From Ginkgo biloba (taxonomy: Eukaryota; Plantae; Ginkgophyta): a DNA stretch of 19,754 bases. The notes under the pieces were generated by a model. It made no database searches and was not told the origin of the DNA. It was given only the letters and a program-made list of their open reading frames with translations. Each line of letters begins with the position of its first letter. Position 1 is the first letter of the stretch. The DNA is taken from the NCBI GenBank assembly GCA_024626585.2, contig JANKJI020000002.1, forward strand, positions 109,090,610 to 109,110,363. Direction: 5' to 3'. Positions 1 through 8,550 of the stretch are shown piece after piece. A program made the translations under genes and the position numbers.

Positions 1-3000
1 AGTATGGTACCATTAACGTGCTTTAACAGAAGGATAAATATAGATGTTCAAGGATGGGAAACTTATCCAAATCAAGCAACACTACTCTAATTAGTTGGTT
101 GTAACCCACTTTAATAATTTTGAGTTGGAATAATCAACCAAAGACTTGGGGATATGGCCACTCAACTAATTTCTCCATAAAATTAATTCTTATAAGTTGG
201 TGAGTTTGTCTAGCTATTATGGTATGTGTCTAGTTAAGTTATTACTATTAAGATATAATAGTTGAAGAGTTGTGTAATTTCACTAAGAGGAGAAAATTTT
301 CAAGTGAGTGGTTACTATAAATATGAAGAATAATAAGTTGAGTTAACATACCCAATTCTTCAGGAATGGGACCTAATATCTTATTTACATATAAATTTAA
401 TATTATTAGGTCTAAGAGGTGTAATCCTAAGCCTCTTCACCTATAAAATTATTTACTCCTATCATAAGATACTATCAATATTTTATAGTTGTTATTAGTC
501 CCTATTATAGGTAGTGCTCATAGAATCCACTCATTCACTTCTTAATTAGTTTATGCATTATGTTATTTTTTTTAAATTTTTAGTCAATCTTAATTGTATA
601 CATTATTTAAATTTACATGTGTAATCAAATTGTTAAATATGTATTTTATTTTTTATGGAAAAAGAAATGCTAGAGAGGAGGATGATAAGGAATTAGAACT
701 CATTAAGGTAGAGGAAATAATAGAGAGGGCTATAGTAGATAAAAGTAATTTGAAATAGGATCAAAGGTGACTAACACCACAAGTTTACTCATATCAAACA
801 TGTATAAAATCTTTTCCTTCCCTTTGTAATCTTGTATTCCATTTCTTTAAAACTATTTTGATGCATGCTAATTCTTAGCAACATAAGTTTCATAGTTCAA
901 TCCATACACCAATGGTCAAAGGAAATGTTGGCCTTTCCTACGAGATCATAGTTCCAATTATTATATTTTTATCTATTATAATAAATTTTGGAGGTGTTAA
1001 TTTCTCTTTTAATGCTATTGGTATGTGACACAGTCTCACTTAACATATTTAGAATATTGATTCATATTTATAATTTTTTGCAAGTGTTTTGACTAGAATC
1101 ACAAAAACTATTTCTATATGTATCTGCCTTAACTTGCATTTCTTGTGTTCCACCAGGAGATCTATAAGGAGTTTCACTTCCGTTTTATTGAAGTTTCTTT
1201 TAATGTTACTCCTATATCATTCTATGAATTATTAATTTGATTAACAACTTGTATATAAAGTTATAACTTTGATCAAACATTCTAACCATGATGAAATATA
1301 CTTTGAATTTATGGGCAACCTATTTATCAATCTATATGTTTTGCATATCAATGTCTTCTCTCATGGAGCATGTAATTAAGATCAATACTTCTACTTGTGG
1401 TTTGGCCCTTATAGGGCCTTGCATACTTACTCCATACCTTAGAACCCAAACCAAATAATATAAGCAGTATTGTTGGATTTCTTCTTAATGTAAATATCTT
1501 CTAATGCATAGAATTTTCTTCTCTAACATTAGTATTGAATTTATAGATTGCGTGTGGATGGAACTTCAATTGGATTATTTTAGAATAATGAGGATTTAGG
1601 GGTACCTTACGCTAACAAATTATAACATATGAGAATCTACACTAGCACTTGGAATGAAAATAATTAGGCTACTAGAGGTGGCCTTGTACAAACTATCTAG
1701 AATAAATACCCCTTTATGGTATCCTTCTATAATTTGAGAGCAAAGAATTGTAAATGGAAAGGAAATGCTTCTACTTACTCTATTGCTTCTTCCCATAATT
1801 GATGGAATTGTCACCTAAAGTTTGAAATTTAGGCAGCTGTATAAGTTCTAATGATTGCATAAAAAATACATGATCTGTGACTATTAATAATAATGGAAGC
1901 ATATTAGATGCCCCACATTTGACTGTATACAAATCTTTCCAATACAAAATTTGATTCAAATCCAATTGTGCTATGTATTATGACTATGTTGGCATTTGTA
2001 AAGAGTTTGATTACATTAAAGACTTTACAACATAACACAATATACATAAATATTTTCTCATATTTATGTTCTTTGTTACTACTCTTATGCATTCCTAGAT
2101 TTAAATCCAATNNNNNNNNNNNNNNNNNNNNNTAGTTAAACATACAATTCTATTAGATTTTATATTTTTCATAACCATCAACAAATTTTAATTATTGGAT
2201 ACCTTTATCTCTTTTGTAGTACGTTTAATGCCTTAATACCTTTTTGCAAATAAGTAATTAATATTCCATGCACATACTTGAAAAATAAGAAATGGTACAA
2301 AAATAATGGACTGCAAATATCCCCACTCAAATTTCAAGCTATTAGAACCAGGAAGCAACATGGTATACATCATTATTATTCAAATTTGAGATGGAATAAG
2401 CTTGATCTTGTGTTTATGAATGGCATTTTGTAGTGAGTGGTTACTAATTTAATTCCATAAGATCACCTTATTTTAACACACACCACTCTTAATTAGCTCC
2501 AAATTCCATGGGAAGATATATTTAGATTGGGAAAAGCATGTGATCTAAGGAAACAAGAACTACTCTCATCCATTTAAGTCGACACCTAGTTAAATAAAAA
2601 AGCATATTTTGTAACCCCACTTAACTCCATTTGTTGCGTTTTTCTTCTAGTAAAGGAGGGCATTGTAAAAGAAAGTGATTATGCAATAACCAAACAAAAA
2701 TATCACTAAATAGAAATGTTTTTTTTTTTAATTTTTAAAATAAGGAGAGCCTTAAAATTACTATAAATGAAATTTCAAGAATTCAAGATGTAGATTAATG
2801 TTAACTTACCATGGATGTAAATGCACTGAATTTTGAAGGTTCAAATCTATAAATAATATCTATGGTCTTTCCTTTCAATAAAGTTATAATTGACCAATAA
2901 TAAATGTCATGATTATGCTCTCAAATATGTATTGGAGGTTGACATGATAACTATAGGATTTGACCCTAGGATTGGTAATATCCATGGATTCTTGCAAAGT

Positions 3001-3785
3001 TCAATTATATTTGGAGGTCTTTTAGTCTATTACCCTCTACACAGTTGAGTATTATCATGATTCTCCATGTCCATTGTGTAGGTAATCACTTTCCACGTTA
3101 ATGGTGCTCCATTTTTTAATATTTAACCTTTAAGAATCAGCTATGAAATATATTGGGTGCTAGTGTGAGTTATTTCACATTTAGTTTAAATGTATCATCA
3201 ACAATCAAGTGCTTAGAATTGAAGTCAACAGGGGATGATAACCCTTAATTTTTAGGGTTTTTAGGNNNNNNNNNNNNNNNNNNTTTGATGTGAGATTAAA
3301 GCAAAGCATAGTAATCACTCTTATCATATAAATGTTGGGTAGAGAGTAATTGATGGAGATAGGTCCTCCTTCCTTATAAGGAGCCTACTTGGACTATAGA
3401 TTATCAAATGAAAGATTAAGAAACACCTTTCCTTTCAAATTACTATTAGGAATAAATACATTAAGTATAAATTTGAAAATTGGTCATACAATGCCTTATT
3501 TTTTACAAGGAAAAACATATGATGCCTTTTTATTTCAAAGAAAGAAACAAAAAAAAAATATTGGAGTCTTTCATGGCAAATAAAATGGCCTTTTAAGAGC
3601 ATTTACATCTTCAAATTTGATTCCTAGTAACAACCATGTAAATTATTTTAGTATTTTTACACACATAGCTCTTGTTAATTAAGAGTTATACAAATATTTA
3701 CCTTTTGTGTAATACAATATAAATGACGCATTTAAAAACAACAAATAAATAAATTAAATGACATCCCATGCTTTAGGACTGTGGT

Positions 3786-3949
3786 GAAGGCCGCATATGG
3801 GATTTTATCAAAATCTTNNNNNNNNNNNNNNNNNNNNNNNNNNNNNNNNNNNNNNNNNNNNNNNNNNNNNNNNNNNNNNNNNNNNNNNNNNNNNNNNNNN
3901 NNNNNNNNNNNNNNNNNGAAGGCCGCATATGGGATTTTATCAAAATCTT
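3786..3949. repeat. Exact 32-bp direct repeat flanking a 100-N gap (likely unmerged contig overlap)
   Basis: GAAGGCCGCATATGGGATTTTATCAAAATCTT occurs at 3786-3817 and 3918-3949, abutting both sides of exactly 100 N. Confidence 0.85.
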
Positions 3950-4131
3950 CTACGAATTTCAATCGCGCTCTAGTATACATGCAAGTTATAACGTCATGTG
4001 CTAGCGAGGACATTCTATGCATAAATCAATCATTGAGAAATTATTTTCCATATTCTCATGTGGAGCTTCGTAGAAGATCTTGGCCTAATTAGTAGAGGTT
4101 ACTAATTATAGTTGGAAAGTTAACCAAGATC

Positions 4132-4445
4132 TCAGTACTTAGAGAGGAATGAGATGATTGGCTTGTACACTTCCTGATTTGCAGAGACAGCCATGACAAA
4201 GTCAGCATGGGCGTACTCTGCCAAATACAAAACGGTCATCTGATTGACACGTTGTGATCCCAAACTGTCCAACAGCAACTCAACGTCCCTTGGATCAGAC
4301 AGTGCATCTTTTCCTCCATACCCAACAAATATTGGAAGTGTTGTAGGAATGTTTGTCAAATTGTAAGCAGGAGGTCTCGTTTGATTGTAATGTTTCCTGT
4401 TATGGAACCCATAGTCATACATTGATACACTCCCCCTTCTCACCA
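4132..4445 (-). CDS. Lipase terminal exon, containing catalytic Asp (GGKD) and His (YAHADF) and the TGA stop
   Basis: CAG acceptor at 4446-4448; phase-1 junction A|TG; stop at 4132-4134; overlaps the supplied ORF 4132..4461. Confidence 0.92.
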
Positions 4446-6266
4446 CTGCCTCAAACACCAAATATTCATGTTAATAAGAATTTATAAAGAAATCGACTTA
4501 ATGAAGAGATTAAGAAATTAATGCAAATGTTAAGGTTGGGTATGCGGCACGCACTTTGAGCTAAGTGCACCATGTTTAAAGTGGATGTGGATTGAGGTTC
4601 ATACTCCAGAAACATGTCAACCCCAGAGGAGTTGAGGCAGCAATTCGAGCCTTTATGAGGAGCAAAGAAAATTATAAAAACTGTTAAATATGGAGATTCA
4701 TAGAGCATGTGATTTCAAAAACAAAAGCATTAAAAGACTTAATCACCTGTGATCGCCGTCAACAAATCGAAGCAATTGGCTCCAGGTTGGGAGCATAGGT
4801 AGTTAAGAAAATTTGCAACAGCAGGCCTGATAATCAGCATCACATAACTTATTCTTTATTTTCATTCATAATTAANNNNNNNNNNNNNNNNNNNNNNNNN
4901 NNNNAAAAAAATCCCCCAAAGAAATTGCTGTCATAAATCCGCCTCAATGATGATGAATTGAATTATCATAATGACCATTAACTCCTGTTTCGTGATAGTG
5001 ATTAAGAGTGATTTCTTGTGGTCGAATATTTTCTTAATTGTTTATTAGACTCACCCTGCAGGATCAAATTCGGCCACTCCTAATTTATGAACAATCTGAT
5101 GCAAAAAACACGTTGTATTTTAGTAATCCAGTACGAATANNNNNNNNNNNNNNNNNNNNNNNNNNNNNNNNNNNAAAAAAATAATTTATGAAGGCACACA
5201 ACATATATACTTCTCCCATTAATGCATCCGCAGCCAGTCTGCCTAGCACTGTTGTAATATGGTTCAAGTGAGCGATGGGACTGAGAAATACTGCCGATTT
5301 TACAGTATCCAACAGCTTTCCTTGAGAAAAAGCTGCCAAGGCAATGAGCGTTCCCTGAAAAGTAGGCTTAAACATGTAAAGCACTCANNNNNNNNNNNNN
5401 NNNNNNNNNNNNNNNNNNNNNNNNNNNNNNNNNNNNNTTGTGATTAACTTGGCCTTTAAGAGTGGCCCTATTTATGGGTTAATAATTCTTTTATTTCTCT
5501 CCATTTAGTCAGTCGGTCATAATGCTTTTATGATATAGTATAGATATTTTGGTATTCCATGACAATTTTTTTTAATTTTGATGAAGATTTTATGGAATCA
5601 CAATTTTAAAAATCATATAAAAAAATGTGTATATATAGAAAACATCATCTCTTAACACTCAATTTAAATATGTTATGGTGGAAAGGTAAATCCCTCTTCT
5701 AATCCAAAATATAATAAGGTATGTAATAGTAGTACCTCATGTACCATATTTTTTTATTATGTAAGGAGAAGGTAGACCTACAACCTTATCAATTAGCTCA
5801 TACCAATATCATACTTTCCTCTAACTCCTATGGATATTTATGCTATTATACTATAAAAATAACCATGTCTGACCACCGTCTTATTAATGAGGGAAAAATT
5901 TTAAATATTAAAATAGATTGATTAATCTTCAATAATATTTAATAACAAAAAAATATTAAAATATAATAATAAATAGTCTTTATGATAATATAATACATAA
6001 GCATTATGCATGGAAAACTACAAGCCAAGGAAGATGTTTAGATAAGAAATGTTGTGCATAAAGAAGTGATAAAGAACAAAATATATTAAATCAACATGAG
6101 ATATTGATCCTGCAAATCTTATATTTCAGAGTAAATAAATTTCCAAACTATTCACCATCAAAACTCCATGTTGCAGCAGAACGGGTTGCCTATCTCGAGC
6201 ATCTTTATTCGACAGCCCGTGGGGTATTCGTTGCATGCCGAGTATGTAACCGTCTTCTGTATTTAG
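4132..6266 (-). CDS. LIP2: Triacylglycerol lipase 2-like (AB-hydrolase lipase, LIP2/MPL1 family), intact spliced part: join(complement 6156-6266, 5211-5354, 5055-5095, 4747-4826, 4555-4650, 4132-4445). It lacks the catalytic-Ser exon, so it is a probable pseudogene or pseudo-enzyme.
   Basis: Six GT-AG exons (111+144+41+80+96+314 = 786 nt) join in frame. Translation: LNTEDGYILGMQRIPHG...QPVLLQHGVLM / GTLIALAAFSQGKLLDTVKSAVFLSPIAHL... / IVHKLGVAEFDPAG / PAVANFLNYLCSQPGANCFDLLTAITG / SNCCLNSSGVDMFLEYEPQSTSTLNMVHLAQM / VRRG...YGGKDALSD...YAHADF...SKY*. These segments match the plant LIP2/MPL1 consensus (TxDGYIL, LQHG, LSPxAxL, NCCLN, EPQSTSTxNMxHLAQ, GGxDxLxD, YAHADF). Confidence 0.9.
4555..4650 (-). 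CDS. Lipase internal exon (GSNCCLNSSGVDMFLEYEPQSTSTLNMVHLAQ)
   Basis: AAG acceptor (4651-4653), GTGCGT donor (4549-4554), 96 nt, conserved NCCLN and EPQSTST motifs. Confidence 0.9.
4747..4826 (-). CDS. Lipase internal exon (PAVANFLNYLCSQPGANCFDLLTAITG)
   Basis: CAG acceptor (4827-4829), GTGATT donor, 80 nt; phases fit both neighbours; family Cys pair C-x6-C..L...ITG. Confidence 0.88.
5055..5095 (-). CDS. Lipase small internal exon (IVHKLGVAEFDPAG)
   Basis: CAG acceptor (5096-5098), GTGAGT donor (5049-5054), 41 nt; LGxxEFxP motif. Confidence 0.85.
5211..5354 (-). CDS. Lipase internal exon (GTLIALAAFSQGKLLDTVKSAVFLSPIAHLNHITTVLGRLAADALMGE)
   Basis: TTTTCAG acceptor, GTATAT donor, 144 nt, phase 0-0. 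It begins with the final Gly of the GHSLG nucleophile elbow. Confidence 0.9.
6156..6266 (-). CDS. Lipase exon 2 (LNTEDGYILGMQRIPHGLSNKDARDRQPVLLQHGVLM)
   Basis: CTGCAG acceptor (AG at 6267-6268), GTGAAT donor, 111 nt, phase 0-0. Carries the TxDGYIL and PVLLQHG (oxyanion-hole HG) motifs. Too short to appear in the ORF track. Confidence 0.88.
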
Positions 6267-6378
6267 CTGCAGCTTAGTCACATTAAACGCCACCATTAAA
6301 CACATATAATTAGAGCAATTAGCCTATTAAATCAATTCTAAATTAATCAAAATGTAACATGAAATTGGAAATAATTAT

Positions 6379-6580
6379 AGTGTGCTCTTTTCAACAATAG
6401 CCATATATATAACCACCCTAGACGTGCAGGTTCCATTCCGTATATAATTCATGAGCATTTGTTGCTTCGTGCTGTGATTTAATTCTACATTTAAAAATAG
6501 CTGTAAAAAATATCGATATAAATTCAAATGGCTCTAAAAAGAATAAGCGTCAAACAACGGTGCCCAAAGCCTCAAAACAT
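6379..6580 (-). pseudogene. Decayed lipase exon 1 (signal peptide plus G-x-C-x7-GY-x-C-x-EH motif)
   Basis: The minus strand reads AAT GGA ACC TGC ACG TCT AGG GTG GTT ATA TAT [AT] GGC TAT TGT TGA AAA GAG CAC ACT|ATAATT, i.e. NGTCTSRVVIY/GYC*KEHT, compared with family GICASSVHIFGYKCEEH. It has a 2-nt insertion in an AT run, TGA at 6391-6393 in place of the conserved Cys, and ATAATT where a GT donor belongs. The candidate ATG at 6578-6580 leads MF*GFGHRCLTLILFRAI*IYI, a broken hydrophobic stretch. The 5' limit is less certain than the 3' part. Confidence 0.7.
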
Positions 6581-6759
6581 GGATTGTTTGGTGCAAATAC
6601 ATATAAAATTTACATAATTCATAACTAATATATAAAGTGAGAATGGTGAACACTATGTAGCAGATAGATAAGCCAACAGTCTAATTCTAAAATAGTCTTA
6701 CAAATGAATACTGGATCAAACCTCCAACATCAACCTTTTATCATCTCCTTTCTTGCTAT

Positions 6760-8550
6760 CTTAAGAATTGATTTTGAAAAATATTCCATAAAAAGTGACA
6801 ANNNNNNNNNNNNNNNNNNNNNNNNNNNNNNNNNNNNNNNNNNNNNNNNNNNNNNNNNNNNNNNNNNNNNNNNNNNNNNNNNNNNNNNNNNNNNNNNNNN
6901 NCATAGGAAGGAAAGGTCATGGAACAAAGAAAAACACCATGACTTTTTGGCACTAGATTTAGTTGTTGATGTGGATAGTAGGGTTCAACTCATATAGACA
7001 AGTTTATTGTATAGGATTATAAATCATCATAGAAGTCTTCCTTGGGTATTTTGAGATTATTCTATACATAATAGGGTTCATCCTTCAATCTCTACCAAGG
7101 ATACTAAAATTTCTATCAAATACCAGTTGATCTATTTTAGGTGACAAGGTCAATATACTTTTATTGGTATATTTTTAGAAATTTTTCTTTCCCATGTATG
7201 GTATCCATTAGATCTATATTTAGGATTGCATGCCTAAATATGGATCATGAGGAAGGCATAGGTGGAGGAAATAGAGATAATTTACCACCATTATAGAAAC
7301 CTTTCATAATCCAACCAAAATTAGAAGAACACAAGAGGGATTAATTGAGCAAGTTGGGTGATTATCAAGAGGGGAATCTTAAGGACTGGATAGATAAAAT
7401 TAAAATTATGATATAGAAGATGCAACAATAATTGAAGGATATCCATAGATCCATAAAGGATAGTCCTTATTACATAGGAAGACACAGATTTAGACAAAAC
7501 TTTTAGCAGTGCTTCTTCTTTAGTGGTTCCACCACTAATGGTGTATCCTTTGTTACCTCCTCCTTTAAATTCTATTTTGAATTATTCTCAACATGTCATT
7601 ACTCTTACTTTGTGTCCTTTGGTGCATATAACCTAGGAACAAATCCCCTTTTAGGATGATTCAAAGTTTGAGACAAATATGTTTGATGGGAAGATGAATT
7701 TAATTCTTTAGAAACATGGATACCAACCCTACAAATGTATTTTTATTTCCATTTATATTCATATGAGAAGTAAATATACTTTACTGGGTTGAATATGTTG
7801 AGGAAGAATCTAATTTAGTGGGATTCATTATATATATCATGAGAGAAGGGATATCAACCTCCATTGACTTCTTATATTAAGTTTAAGAAGGAATTGAAGA
7901 ATAAATTATATCTTCTTAGTTATGAGGATGATAAATACCTCAAGTGGAAATATCTATATGAGATAGTAGTGAAGTCTCTAGAGGATCATTATGAGAAGTA
8001 TCCAAATCTCTTAATCAAGTTAGATATAGAGAACCAATTGAGAAGATAATTATTAAACTTATTAGAGGAATTCATAACCATTTGAGGCATGGGATTGATT
8101 TTTTCCCATTGTATACCATTGAGGAGTTATATAGGTTTACCTCAAAGATTGAATCTAAGAAGAAGGATTCACAAGGATTTAAGGGAAAGGCCAAACAAAA
8201 GGCCACCATTTCTCTTTCATCTTAATCTAGTATTAATAGGAAGAAGAAATGTATTAATAGATCAAATAAGTGTGGCCATTATTTTAAGAAGGAATATAAT
8301 AAAGATAATTGCTTTAAGTTCCACTCAAAGAAAGCACCAAGATCTCTTCATCACAGGATGCAAAAAGGGAAGAGAATAGTACCTAAAATGGCTCTCACTT
8401 TGGATGATCCTAATCTCTTGATTTCTTTAGTGAACACAAAGGGAAATAGAAAGGATAAAGAGAGACTCTTAACATTGAAGTTGTAGATTAATAATAAAGT
8501 GGTTTGAACTATTATTAATAGTGGCAACCAAAATAATTTAGTTTCAACTT
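6760..8550 (+). mobile_element. Degenerate Ty3/gypsy LTR retrotransposon copy A: partial 5' LTR, degenerate PBS, gag and start of protease; truncated
   Basis: LTR-like segment similar to 14670-14945; TGGTATC at 7199. Gag-like FDGKMN...LETWIPTLQMYF (~7682-7743), then FKKELKNKLYLLSYEDD; decayed zinc knuckle at ~8268; protease-like IINSGNQNNLVS (~8511-8546). Many stops and frameshifts. Confidence 0.75.
7199..7210 (+). other. Degenerate primer-binding site (tRNA-iMet type) of copy A
   Basis: TGGTATCC.. matches the first 7 nt of the consensus TGGTATCAGAGC and lies between the LTR-like segment and the gag start (ATG at ~7230). Confidence 0.4.

Noticed and set aside
860-2143. Faint resemblance to MULE/SWIM-type transposase segments
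   Set aside because: The remembered motifs matched weakly and in inconsistent order; not supportable without a search.
3251-3283. TTTAGGGTTTTTAGG next to an N-run, a possible interstitial telomeric repeat
   Set aside because: Only one perfect unit is visible, and such motifs are common in plant LTRs and promoters.
3969-4004. Imperfect palindrome CTAG..CATG..GTTATAAC..CATG..CTAG in the lipase 3' flank
   Set aside because: Short and mismatched; within chance expectation.
3732-4092. Overlapping ORFs with an apparent internal peptide repeat (KAAYGILSKS)
   Set aside because: Produced by the duplicated flanks of a 100-N gap; an assembly artefact in the lipase 3' flank.
6085-6112. TTTGCAG|GAT CAA TAT CTC ATG TTG ATT TAA on the minus strand, resembling the start or DQxLxLI part of the missing lipase exon 3
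   Set aside because: It would need a 46-nt intron, it stops after 7 codons, and no DVW or NxRG trace follows. Too weak to call.
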